DNA of 29,953 bases from a virus. Taxonomy: Duplodnaviria; Caudoviricetes. Every line of letters starts with the position of its first letter. Position 1 is the stretch's first letter. The notes under the pieces are model-generated. The model had not been told where the DNA came from. It ran no database searches and worked only from the letters and a program-made list of their open reading frames with translations. The position numbers and the translations under genes were made by a program. The stretch lies in IMG/VR virus record IMGVR_UViG_3300017754_000738, positions 1 through 29,953 of that record; one strand, given 5' to 3'. Below, one piece after another: positions 14,322 to 23,174 of the stretch.

Positions 14322-14683
14322 CCCTTCACCTTCGCAATCAACTCAGCAATGCGCCGCTTGTTTTTGGCAATCTGCTCGGCAGTCAACTTGTTCTCCAGCC
14401 GCAGTACGTTTGGCTCCACATAGGAGCGGCGTAACAAGGACAAGAACTGAGGCAGGGTAGGTGGCTCTTCCGGTAGCTGCTCCAACGCCCGCTTGATGGT
14501 CTCCGCGCCTACCCCGGCCATCTTCTCCGACCAGTGGTTCATTGCGTTGACCACACCAGCGTCCGTACCGTCGGCCAGCGTCTGACCCGTCTTCCACATG
14601 TTCAGGAAGCGAGTTCCGTAGTGGCCCTGCATGGTCGCAAAGATGCGCTGAATCCAGCCATCAGGTAAGCGCTGCATATGCAC
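14318..14683 (-). CDS. putative replication protein P-like helicase loader
   Basis: IFATMQGHYGTRF..W...PPTLPQF; directly follows the initiator. Confidence 0.65.
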   Translation of the reverse strand: MHMQRLPDGWIQRIFATMQGHYGTRFLNMWKTGQTLADGTDAGVVNAMNHWSEKMAGVGAETIKRALEQLPEEPPTLPQFLSLLRRSYVEPNVLRLENKLTAEQIAKNKRRIAELIAKVKG

Positions 14684-15311
14684 CTCGCTCGTCTCCGAAG
14701 ATGGCCCGTGCTGCGCTCAATTGCGCTGGCTGGTACTTGGGCTGGTCTTTGTTCATCCACTCAGACTTGAACCCAGTCCACCCACGGGCGCAGCAGATTG
14801 ACAACGCAGTCTCTAGGCTTACAGCAGCCTTCTGAGCCTCGCGCTCAATACCCCGCAGGGCAGTCTCAGTCATTGGGCTTTTCTTCGCGTTGCGCAGCTT
14901 GATGAAGTCACGCCATACCGCATCAGAAACGCCGTCAGGCGTTGTATTCTTTGGTTCCTTTACAGGTTGAACTTCCTGTTTTGTAGCCAGCTTCTGACCC
15001 ACCCCCCGGTCAGCTTCTGACCTACCCTCCGTCAGAAGCTGACCCACCCCGTTGAGCTTGTACTGGTTCGGAAGAGAGACCCCCTCCATCGACTTGTGGA
15101 TGATGGTCAAGTAGCCAGCACTTTGTAGGTCGAGCAGGTGACCCTTGAGGGTTGATACGCCCATCGCGCACTCTTGCGCTAGGAGCTTGTGCGAGGGGTT
15201 GCACTGGCCTGTGTGGCCGTTGCTGTGGTTTGCCAGCATCAGCAGAACCAGTTTCTGTCCTGCGCTGGTGCAGGGCTGCTCTATTGCCCATGTCATTGCT
15301 TGAAAGCTCAT
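14661..15311 (-). CDS. replication initiator with N-terminal HTH (HTH_36-like)
   Basis: QKLVLLMLANH...CNPSHKLLAQECAMG; C-terminal WRDFIKLRNAKK.PMT...GWTGF. Confidence 0.85.
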   Translation of the reverse strand: MSFQAMTWAIEQPCTSAGQKLVLLMLANHSNGHTGQCNPSHKLLAQECAMGVSTLKGHLLDLQSAGYLTIIHKSMEGVSLPNQYKLNGVGQLLTEGRSEADRGVGQKLATKQEVQPVKEPKNTTPDGVSDAVWRDFIKLRNAKKSPMTETALRGIEREAQKAAVSLETALSICCARGWTGFKSEWMNKDQPKYQPAQLSAARAIFGDERGAYAALT

Positions 15312-15332
15312 TTTTCACCTTACGTTGTTGGC

Positions 15333-15400
15333 CGTTACTGGTAGGAGACAAGGCAGGACGGTAACGAAACGTCTTTTCGGGAGCTAACCTAGCCATGTCG
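15333..15400 (-). promoter_or_regulatory. structured 5' leader of the replication initiator
   Basis: GACATGGC/GCCTTGTC outer stem; GACG-TTTCGTTAC-CGTC hairpin whose loop can pair with downstream GTAACG; extended -10 TGTTACACT at 15406-15414. Confidence 0.5.
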
Positions 15401-15414
15401 CAGTTAGTGTAACA

Positions 15415-15612
15415 TCAAAATAAATCAGGACGCAACTCTTTCTTTTTAACTGCCCTGCGGGTGTACTGTTCGATTTGGACGGCAAGGGCGGCGCTGGGCC
15501 TGCGGGTGCCAGCTATGAGCAGAGCAATCCACGTTTTAGTCACCCCTAAGTCTTTTGCCATTGCTGACTTGGCTCCACGGGGTAGAGCATTGAAATACTC
15601 AACGAGTGTCAT
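15415..15612 (-). CDS. Cro/YdaS-like HTH regulator
   Basis: KSAMAKDLGVTKTWI...RRPSAALAVQIE...ELRPDLF. Confidence 0.85.
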   Translation of the reverse strand: MTLVEYFNALPRGAKSAMAKDLGVTKTWIALLIAGTRRPSAALAVQIEQYTRRAVKKKELRPDLF

Positions 15613-15637
15613 TGGTGAATCCTTTTTTTAACACCCC

Positions 15638-15699
15638 ATCATACCATACGAAAAATATTTTTTGGAAGATGTCCAACCCCAAGTTAAACATGTTATAGT
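15638..15699. promoter_or_regulatory. divergent promoter region
   Basis: Minus strand TGG-TATGAT (-10 at 15643-15638); plus strand TGT-TATAGT (15691-15699); AT tract between them. Confidence 0.55.
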
Positions 15700-15729
15700 G
15701 CAGTCCTGTTTAACTTTCTGGAGCTTGTT

Positions 15730-15888
15730 GTGAGTGAATACGAGGAGCTTGTTTCAGAGAGGCAACAGGTGCTTGAGGAGGCCATTGACCGGGCCGAGGC
15801 GGGCAAAGCAACGTGGGAAGACTGGAACCTTATCCGGGCAGAGCTTGGAGTGTTCCGCAACCCATTTACCAACTTGAACAGGAGTTAA
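15730..15888 (+). CDS. hypothetical protein (52 aa)
   Basis: GTG start with GGAG RBS; MSEYEELVSERQQVLEEAIDRAEAG... Confidence 0.65.
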   Translation: MSEYEELVSERQQVLEEAIDRAEAGKATWEDWNLIRAELGVFRNPFTNLNRS

Positions 15889-15890
15889 AA

Positions 15891-16553
15891 ATGATAGCGA
15901 CAGACAGCGGCGGCGGCGACTTTAAGCCAGTACCAGCGGGGATGCACCTTGCACGGTGTTACCGCATCATTGACCTTGGCACCCAGAAGACGGAGTTCCA
16001 AGGGCAAGTGAAGATGCAGCGAAAAATCATCATGCAGTTTGAAGTGCATGGCGAGGATGACAGCGGCAAACCCATCCAAATGGATGACGGCAAGCCCATG
16101 AGCATCAGCAAGAACTACACGTTGTCGTTGGCCGAGAAGGCCACCCTGCGTGCTGACCTGCAATCGTGGCGTGGGCGTGACTTCCGTCCAGACGAACTGC
16201 GTGGGTTTGAATTGAAGAACGTGCTGGGTGCATGGGCCATGATTTCTGTGGTGCAGGCGATGGGCAACAACGGCAAGGAGTACACCAACATTGTCAACGT
16301 CAACTCAGTGCCTTCCATCATCAAGTCGGCTGGCCTACCCAAGGGGCACAACGAACTGCTGCTGTGGTCGCTGGATGACCCCAACATGCAGGTGTTTGAG
16401 ACCTTCAGCAACAACATCAAGAAAAAGATTCAGGAGTCCCCTGAGTACAAGGCCCGGATGCAGATTCCGCAGTCACCACCGCAACGAACTGCGCCACAAG
16501 CGCCGCATCAGGGCAGTGGATTTGAGGACATGGACGACGACATCCCGTTCTGA
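15891..16553 (+). CDS. putative phage single-stranded DNA-binding protein
   Basis: Start refined to ATG 15891 (AGGAG); FKPVPAG.HLARC..IIDLGTQ; acidic tail DMDDDIPF. Confidence 0.8.
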   Translation: MIATDSGGGDFKPVPAGMHLARCYRIIDLGTQKTEFQGQVKMQRKIIMQFEVHGEDDSGKPIQMDDGKPMSISKNYTLSLAEKATLRADLQSWRGRDFRPDELRGFELKNVLGAWAMISVVQAMGNNGKEYTNIVNVNSVPSIIKSAGLPKGHNELLLWSLDDPNMQVFETFSNNIKKKIQESPEYKARMQIPQSPPQRTAPQAPHQGSGFEDMDDDIPF

Positions 16554-16561
16554 AGTAAACC

Positions 16562-16927
16562 ATGCGCGACAAGAAAGACACCAACACACTGGACTTGTTC
16601 ACAGCAACGCCGCAGCCTAAGAAGCGGAAGTATGTGCGCAAGACTGAGCCACGGGCAATGGTGCGCAGGACTGACCCTGACACCAGCCGTGCGGCTGCGA
16701 ACACGATTGACGCCACTGCACTAGAGCAGCGCGTGTACGAGGTCATCTGCTCGTTCCCTAACGGGTGCATATCGGATGACATCGTCAGGCTAATTCCAGA
16801 GCATGGTGTCCAGACCGTCTCCCCGCGCTACGCGAAGCTCATCCGAAAGGGCTTCGTTGTGGATACGGGTGAGCGCAGGCAAGGTGCCGCTGGTCGAGGC
16901 CAGCGTGTGATGCGCAGGGCAGATTGA
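16562..16927 (+). CDS. putative winged-HTH DNA-binding protein
   Basis: RRTDPDTSRAAA...SPRYAKLIRKGFVVDTGERR. Confidence 0.75.
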   Translation: MRDKKDTNTLDLFTATPQPKKRKYVRKTEPRAMVRRTDPDTSRAAANTIDATALEQRVYEVICSFPNGCISDDIVRLIPEHGVQTVSPRYAKLIRKGFVVDTGERRQGAAGRGQRVMRRAD

Positions 16928-16932
16928 TTTAC

Positions 16933-17002
16933 GGGGGAAAGCGGATGCTGTGTGGTCTTGTGCGAGTTGATCGCCGCCCCCACCAGACGCAGCGAGTACC
17001 CC
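16933..17002 (+). ncRNA. putative structured RNA element
   Basis: GGGG-GAAAGCGGATGCTG...CAGACGCAGCGAGTA-CCCC in an intergenic gap, followed by a T-run. Confidence 0.4.
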
Positions 17003-17031
17003 ACCCATTTTTTTAACCACCGGAAAACTTT

Positions 17032-17439
17032 ATGAAACACACTCTTTTAATCATCGCAGCCACCTGCGCACTTGCTGCTTGTGGCAAAGACGAAGTCAGC
17101 TTTGCCTCGCTTGAGGAAGCAAAGGGCACAGCGCGTGAGAACGCCATGTGGAACGGCCAGCGCTATCGGCAGGAGAACATCTTGTACAAGGGCTGGGACA
17201 TCGTGGGCCGGGGTGACTCAACTCAGGACAACATCTGCCCACAGGGCGATGGCTGGGCCACGCTGGAGTTTGTGAACCCCGAGAAGACTCAACTCGTCAA
17301 GGTCAAGTGTTCCACCGTGTCGGGAAACACCGGATGCTTGGAGGACAAAGACTTCAAGACCAAGCCATTTGCCTCCGAAGATGGTCATTGCCAGCCCACC
17401 AACAAGGTGCCCTATCCACTGCCGAAGGTGGCAAAATGA
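17032..17439 (+). CDS. putative lipoprotein with four Cys in the mature domain
   Basis: MKHTLLIIAATCALAA-C lipobox; RGDSTQ...CPQGDGWAT. Confidence 0.8.
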   Translation: MKHTLLIIAATCALAACGKDEVSFASLEEAKGTARENAMWNGQRYRQENILYKGWDIVGRGDSTQDNICPQGDGWATLEFVNPEKTQLVKVKCSTVSGNTGCLEDKDFKTKPFASEDGHCQPTNKVPYPLPKVAK

Positions 17440-17537
17440 TGGTGGTCAACGTACTCATGGGTTTGGGCCTAGTTATCTTGTGCGCGGCCTGCGCGTGGGC
17501 TGGGTTCCACATGGGGAAACTTAGCCGCAAGGCGTAG
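17436..17537 (+). CDS. small membrane peptide (33 aa)
   Basis: ATGA overlap; MMVVNVLMGLGLVILCAACAWAGFHMGKLSRKA. Confidence 0.5.
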   Translation: MMVVNVLMGLGLVILCAACAWAGFHMGKLSRKA

Positions 17538-17545
17538 GAGAGAAC

Positions 17546-17833
17546 ATGTTTGGACTTTTGACCAGAAAACAAATGGATGCGTACATCGCAGAGCAGATAA
17601 AACAAATGGAAGCCGAACGGTGGCTTTTGGAGAACAACCAAGACAAGCTCTTTGCCGCGCTCAAGGCCTTGGAGCGGCGTGTTGAGATGCTGGAAGGCAC
17701 GCGACCAAGCAACATGCTGACCCCGGCAGAGGTCGATGCAGAAATTAAGAGGCGCGTTGAAATGAACCGCGCCGCACGCATCAAGTATCGCAAGCGCAAA
17801 GAAAAAGATTCAATCGCCCCAACCCCGAGCTAG
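17546..17833 (+). CDS. hypothetical coiled-coil protein
   Basis: AGGAG RBS. Confidence 0.7.
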   Translation: MFGLLTRKQMDAYIAEQIKQMEAERWLLENNQDKLFAALKALERRVEMLEGTRPSNMLTPAEVDAEIKRRVEMNRAARIKYRKRKEKDSIAPTPS

Positions 17834-17890
17834 ATAAATAATACCAATCGTCGGTATACAATGGAATCTTGTTAACCAACTGGGGAAACC

Positions 17891-18367
17891 ATGACTCAAC
17901 AAGATTTCATTGACAGATTTGAATACCGCGACGGGAAATTGTTTTACAAAAAATCTGAAGGGTGCATGAAAAAAGGTTCAGAAGCTGGAACGGTTTGTCA
18001 CGCAGGCCATTTGAAAACACTGATTAAGCGCAAACCTTATTTTTTGCATAGAATTATTTTTATGATGCATCACGGATATTTGCCAGAATTTTTAGACCAT
18101 ATTGATGGCAATCCAGCCAACAACCAGATTAAAAATTTGCGCCCTGCAACACATTCACAAAACAACTTGAACAGAGGTAAACACAAGCGAAACACCTCTG
18201 GGTACAAAGGCGTGACTTGGGTTTCTACGGCTGGCAAATACTCAACCAGAATTGCAATTGACGGGAAAAGATTTTTTCTTGGTTACTTTGATAATCCAAA
18301 AGAAGCCCATAACGCTTATTGCAAATTTTCCAAAACCACTCAACCACAATACATAAGGACACAATGA
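17891..18367 (+). CDS. HNH-AP2 homing endonuclease
   Basis: HRIIF...LDHIDGNPANNQIKNLR; NTSGYKGVTW...FLGYFDNPKEAHNAY; visibly AT-rich. Confidence 0.92.
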   Translation: MTQQDFIDRFEYRDGKLFYKKSEGCMKKGSEAGTVCHAGHLKTLIKRKPYFLHRIIFMMHHGYLPEFLDHIDGNPANNQIKNLRPATHSQNNLNRGKHKRNTSGYKGVTWVSTAGKYSTRIAIDGKRFFLGYFDNPKEAHNAYCKFSKTTQPQYIRTQ

Positions 18368-19134
18368 CTTTACTTGCAAAAAATAACCATGCTCAAGAAT
18401 CTGGGCACTGGTATACCCGTGACGGGGTGCCCCGGTACACCGTCATCGGCAAGAACGGCAAGGAGCGCAATACAACGCTCAGGGACGCCCGCACCGAGAG
18501 TCTGGTGCCATCTGTCACCACCATCCTGAACGTGGCTGCAAAGCCCGCTCTGACGGCTTGGTTGATGAATCAAGTTCTGATGGCCGCACTGACACTGCCA
18601 AAACTGACAGAAGAGTCGGATGACGACTACTGCAAGCGCGTCATGCAGGATTCCAAGGAGCAGGGCAAGGCGGCTGCCAACGAGGGCACAGACATCCACG
18701 CGGCGATTCAGGGCTACTACGATGGTCAGGTAGTCCGCGCCCACGAACAGAGCGTACAGGGCTGTGTGGATAGGCTCCAAGGCCACTTTGGGAATAAGCC
18801 TTGGATTGCGGAGCGCTCCTTCGGCCACGAGCTTGGCTTTGGCGGCAAGTGCGACCTGTTCACCAACGTCGGTGACGGCATCGTGGTGGACGTAAAGAGC
18901 AAGGAGTTCAACGACCCAGCCAAGGTGGACGCCTACGACGAACACCTGATGCAGCTTGCGGCTTACCGCGTCGGGCTGGGTGTACCCAAGGCACGCTGTG
19001 CTAACGTCTTTGTCTCCCGCTCGGTGCCCGGCCTAGCCGTGGTCAAGGAATGGGATGCGGCAGACATTGACCGTGGGTGGCTGATGTTCGTCCACCTTCT
19101 GACCTTCTGGCAACTCAAGAATAAACACTCATGA
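18364..19134 (+). CDS. PD-(D/E)XK-family exonuclease
   Basis: Start at the ATGA overlap 18364; PSVTTIL, GTDIHAAIQ, FGGKCDL, VVDVKSK, QLAAY. Confidence 0.88.
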   Translation: MTLLAKNNHAQESGHWYTRDGVPRYTVIGKNGKERNTTLRDARTESLVPSVTTILNVAAKPALTAWLMNQVLMAALTLPKLTEESDDDYCKRVMQDSKEQGKAAANEGTDIHAAIQGYYDGQVVRAHEQSVQGCVDRLQGHFGNKPWIAERSFGHELGFGGKCDLFTNVGDGIVVDVKSKEFNDPAKVDAYDEHLMQLAAYRVGLGVPKARCANVFVSRSVPGLAVVKEWDAADIDRGWLMFVHLLTFWQLKNKHS

Positions 19135-19355
19135 AATACCTGACTGAAGAAACCATCAAGCAGATTTTCTTTCAATCTGACCGTCCACGCCGTGACGCCA
19201 TACTGGCCGACGAGGTGGACATTGTTCAGTTTGCAAATAACCTGATTGCATATGCCCACCCGCATCTTGCTAAAGCAGAGCATGAGCGCTGCGTAGAGAT
19301 TGTGCGGGCGATGAACCCCGAGGTTGCTGCGGCGCTGGAGAACCAGCGGCCTTAG
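19131..19355 (+). CDS. hypothetical protein
   Basis: ATGA coupling; last gene of the + strand block. Confidence 0.75.
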   Translation: MKYLTEETIKQIFFQSDRPRRDAILADEVDIVQFANNLIAYAHPHLAKAEHERCVEIVRAMNPEVAAALENQRP

Positions 19356-20860
19356 CGCATGGAACTGCCAGTCATCCGTTGATTGGCTCGTTCTGCTGCT
19401 GCGCGGTCTCGGAAATAGCGGTAGCCTCCGATTCCCGCAGCGGCCAGTCCAGCGGGTATTGCTAACGCTGGAGCAGCAGCAAGTGAGGCAAGACCAGCGG
19501 CAGCGCCGAGGCCAGATAGGGCCATGTCGCCGTAGTCGCGTTGTTCGCTGGGCCTGTCCATCTGTTGCTTGATGTTTACCCCCTCACCTAAAGCTCCAGC
19601 AATTGCCAAGGGCGGTGCAGCGTAGCGCATGAACGTGCCAGCGCCACGGCCAACCTTGGAATCCATCATGTCCTTGAACAGGCTTGTGACGTACTCCAGA
19701 CCACCCGGCTTTGGTGGCGCGGTGGAAATGGGTGCGGCCACGGGCATACGCACCTCTCCTTCGGGTGCAAACCTGATGGACTCACGCGCCCCACCGCCTC
19801 CGCCACCAGTAGGAGTCATCAGCCCACCGTAGCGAGGGTTCTCAACAAACTGATTGGGAGCAATTTGATTCACCCGGCCAAGCGCGTCTCTGCGCTGGCT
19901 GGACAAGTCATGCACACCGCCTTTGTTCTTGGTCATGTCCAAGGCTTGGCCCGCCTCAATGTCCGTGAGGCCAGCAGCTTTAGCGTAGTTGAACGGCATG
20001 TTGCCCGTGGTGCCGGGGGCCATGCGCCCGCCATCTGGGCCACCAGATGGGATGATGCTCAATGGGCCACGCCCAGCGCCTCCTGTGGCCTGTGCAGAGG
20101 CTTGGGCGGCACGGGCTGCTGCTGCTTCCTGCGCGGCAATGCGACCTTCTTCCATCATCCGAGCAGAAGCTCTCACCGCAGCAGGAGCGGCACGCTTTAA
20201 GGCAATGGCTGTACCTACACCAGCGCCACCAATTTGGGCCTTGGCTCGGTCTCGCGCCTCTTCAATAATTTGACGGTCATCAGCGGTGCGGGCTTGGGAC
20301 TCCTCAACCAAATCAGCAATGTTGGCAGGGAACTCTTCTTCCCCGCCGACCGCTACTGGCGCAGAAGCACCATCTGCTTCAGTTGCTGTTACGCCGCCTT
20401 CTGGTGCCACGCCTTCTTCTGGCGCTGAATTGAACACGCCATACGACTGCAACTTCTGAACGTAGTCAGCCGTTTCTGCTGGGATGCCTTTTTGTGCAAC
20501 ATTCGTGTTGCTGAGGCTTACGTCTCCCGCGTTGTACAGCGCAGCAGACAGCAACCAGTCATTTTTGGTTCTGCCCAAGTTTTCTTTCAGCGCCTTCAAC
20601 CCAGCCTCAATGTTGGCGTCTTCATTGCGAAGCTGCTCTACGGTGTATCCCAAAGCCTTGCCCGTGGCGGGCATCACTTGCATTAGGCCAATAGCACCCG
20701 CCCGACTGTCTTTTACCTTGGGGTTGAACTGGCTTTCGTTCATCACAATGCCAAGGGCCAGAGTCTTGGGCACGCCCATCTCTTCGGCTTTTTGGGCGAC
20801 TTTCAGAGCATACGCAGCCTGCTCATCGCTCAGTGAGTTGATGAAGGTAAGGTCGGCCAT
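19352..20860 (-). CDS. virion/ejection protein with N-terminal lytic transglycosylase (SLT) domain
   Basis: NESQFNP, GAIGLMQVMPATG, ALYNAG, ETADYV; hydrophobic C-terminal helices. Confidence 0.88.
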   Translation of the reverse strand: MADLTFINSLSDEQAAYALKVAQKAEEMGVPKTLALGIVMNESQFNPKVKDSRAGAIGLMQVMPATGKALGYTVEQLRNEDANIEAGLKALKENLGRTKNDWLLSAALYNAGDVSLSNTNVAQKGIPAETADYVQKLQSYGVFNSAPEEGVAPEGGVTATEADGASAPVAVGGEEEFPANIADLVEESQARTADDRQIIEEARDRAKAQIGGAGVGTAIALKRAAPAAVRASARMMEEGRIAAQEAAAARAAQASAQATGGAGRGPLSIIPSGGPDGGRMAPGTTGNMPFNYAKAAGLTDIEAGQALDMTKNKGGVHDLSSQRRDALGRVNQIAPNQFVENPRYGGLMTPTGGGGGGARESIRFAPEGEVRMPVAAPISTAPPKPGGLEYVTSLFKDMMDSKVGRGAGTFMRYAAPPLAIAGALGEGVNIKQQMDRPSEQRDYGDMALSGLGAAAGLASLAAAPALAIPAGLAAAGIGGYRYFRDRAAAERANQRMTGSSMR

Positions 20861-20863
20861 AAA

Positions 20864-23164
20864 TTATTTCTTTCTCAAGGATTCCAGAAGCGCTTCTTTT
20901 GCGTTCTTGAGTTGTGGCGGCACTGCTTCACCAGATGACGTAGTTGTCGCTGGCTTGCCAAAAAACTTGTTGTACAAGCTGTCGGTTGTCTTGTCGTAGT
21001 CGGCATCAAGTTTTCTGGCTTCTGAACTTGACATCCAGTCGTTTATGGTCTTGCCTTTGCTTTTGGTTTTGTCGTTTCTCCAGTCTTGAAACGCCGTGAC
21101 CTTATCTTGGTTGTGTTTGGCTTTGGCTACCAGTAGTTCTATGCGCCGAGCCAATACAGTTGGGCTGTCAGAAACAGTGCCGCCAAGGTTGCGAACAATT
21201 TTTCGTTCGTTCTCCGTGACTGCGCCTTGCCCGGTCAAAAACTCTCTGGTGTACAACAACTCAATCTCAGCCAAATCTTTGCTTATCTCAGAGCGGCTTT
21301 GCAAATCTTGCTTAGTCATGTCGGGCATTACTTTTGCCAAAGCGCCCTCTGCATCTGCAAGTTTTACAGTTGTGTTCCCAAGAGAAATGCCATCAGAGAC
21401 CAATGATGCGACCGCGTTAAACAATCCGGGGTCAGCAAGTAAGCCAAGAGCCTTTGGGTTTTTAATTACGTTGTTCAGCACGCGCAAGCTGGCAGACTTC
21501 ATCTGCCGAGAAGTGTTCAACGACTTTACGAATGTCTGCTCATCCACTTCGGCAAGCTCACCTCTTTTCTTTTGCACGGCTTCTTCAATGGCAGCCTCAA
21601 CATCTTTGGGCCGATTGATTTCTTTGGCGTACTGCTCCGACTCAATTCGGAACCGCTCCCTCTCAGCGCTGTTTGCGGCTTCAGCATTTGCTTTCAGCGC
21701 ATCTTGTGATTGTTTTTCCTCCAACGATGCGTTGGCTTTTAACGGCGGGACGTTAATAATCCTTGGCGGTGCTGGTGGCTTTAATCCAGCAGACGCTGCC
21801 GCAGATGGCGGGGCAGAAGTCACGGCAGCGGCCTTTGCGGGCGCTTCAGCAGCTTTGGCAACGGGCACCACGGCAGCAGGGGCAGCAGCTTTAACGGCAG
21901 GCACTGAGGCAGCAGCGGGCGCAGGCGCGGCTACAGCAGCAGCAGGCGCTGGTGGTGCTGCAACCTTGATGGCTGCGGCTGGTTCGACAGCGCCGCCTTC
22001 AAGCGGAATTCCCTTGGTTGCGTTTGCCTTGAGGAAATTAAGCACCTGAAGGTCAAATGGATTTACGTCTTTTTCTGACTTGGCGTTTTTCAAGCGGAAC
22101 ATTGAACCTATCACTTCTGCTTCGATAGGACTCAACTTTGTACCTTTTGGCAACGGCTGCAAAGGAGTGCGTTCTCCTGATTCCGTTGAAACAGCAGAGA
22201 ACAAAGAAGGCGCTTTCAGTTGAAGACCAGTGAAGACGTTTTTGAGTTGCTGCTCGTCCACCATTTCACCGCCCGATGGGGCTTTGGCACCTGATTGCTG
22301 CTCGTTGTATTTGTCAACAATGTCTTTTGGAACAACGCCAGTTTTTAGATACGTTTCAGCAAATTTCTTGGCTACCTCTGGGCCTTGGTTGTTGGCAAAC
22401 TCGTACAGCTTGGCTGTGCGTGCGTCAACCTTGTAGGTTCCTGTGCCCATGAACAAGTCAATTTCTTTTGCGCCTGCTGGAGGTAGTCCCTCGGGCTGAA
22501 CATACTCCGCCTTTCCCGTCAGGTTGTTCACCCTGACACCATTTTGGTAGGTAAATTGTTGGTTCTGGAGCTTCATCATCTCCATAAGCGCTTTGGCATT
22601 TTCATCATTGCCATAGGTGGTAACGTATTTGGCGTACCTTTTCATGGCGTCCATGCCTATGCCAGTCTCACTTAATTTTTGACTTGGGCGAACGCCTTCT
22701 TGAACCAGCAAGTTAACTGCTTCTTTGCGCGGCATACCGTTGGCTACAAGGAATGACACGGCATCTTGGTCGCCGTAATCATCTGACGCACCTTCACCAG
22801 AAGTGCCGCCAAACAATCCTGCGGTGGCTTTTGATTTTTGGCGCATGAGCGCTTGGTCGCGGCGTGACTGTGCAAGCTGGAGGTTTGCAGCGGAGGTGTC
22901 TATCTCCTCTTGGTGCAGCTTGGACTGCATGTCCTCGTAGCTCTTCGACGCCATGCCAACCGCTTCGCCAAAGTTGCCACGGGACGCCAGAAGCCCTTGG
23001 CCGATTGCCATGAGGCTTGGGTCGTAGTTGCGTTGCTGACGCGCCGTGTAGGCGTCCATGACCCGACGCATTGCTTCGTCAACGTCATCGTCCTCTTCAA
23101 TCGCTTCGCCATACATTGGCTTCACTTTCAACGCGGACAAGGCTCCTGCTTGTTGCTTTGCCAT
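20864..23164 (-). CDS. putative ejection/internal virion protein
   Basis: Helical, A/P-rich linker; GQGAVTENER motif; AAGGAG RBS; position in the module. Confidence 0.7.
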   Translation of the reverse strand: MAKQQAGALSALKVKPMYGEAIEEDDDVDEAMRRVMDAYTARQQRNYDPSLMAIGQGLLASRGNFGEAVGMASKSYEDMQSKLHQEEIDTSAANLQLAQSRRDQALMRQKSKATAGLFGGTSGEGASDDYGDQDAVSFLVANGMPRKEAVNLLVQEGVRPSQKLSETGIGMDAMKRYAKYVTTYGNDENAKALMEMMKLQNQQFTYQNGVRVNNLTGKAEYVQPEGLPPAGAKEIDLFMGTGTYKVDARTAKLYEFANNQGPEVAKKFAETYLKTGVVPKDIVDKYNEQQSGAKAPSGGEMVDEQQLKNVFTGLQLKAPSLFSAVSTESGERTPLQPLPKGTKLSPIEAEVIGSMFRLKNAKSEKDVNPFDLQVLNFLKANATKGIPLEGGAVEPAAAIKVAAPPAPAAAVAAPAPAAASVPAVKAAAPAAVVPVAKAAEAPAKAAAVTSAPPSAAASAGLKPPAPPRIINVPPLKANASLEEKQSQDALKANAEAANSAERERFRIESEQYAKEINRPKDVEAAIEEAVQKKRGELAEVDEQTFVKSLNTSRQMKSASLRVLNNVIKNPKALGLLADPGLFNAVASLVSDGISLGNTTVKLADAEGALAKVMPDMTKQDLQSRSEISKDLAEIELLYTREFLTGQGAVTENERKIVRNLGGTVSDSPTVLARRIELLVAKAKHNQDKVTAFQDWRNDKTKSKGKTINDWMSSSEARKLDADYDKTTDSLYNKFFGKPATTTSSGEAVPPQLKNAKEALLESLRKK

Positions 23165-23174
23165 GACTTACTCC

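Noticed and set aside
19352-20860. Endolysin/lysis cassette
   Set aside because: The SLT domain is part of a 502-aa protein at the end of the ejection-protein block, with no adjacent holin or spanin
21770-21985. Ala/Pro-rich nucleotide repeats
   Set aside because: Low-complexity protein linker rather than a discrete repeat element
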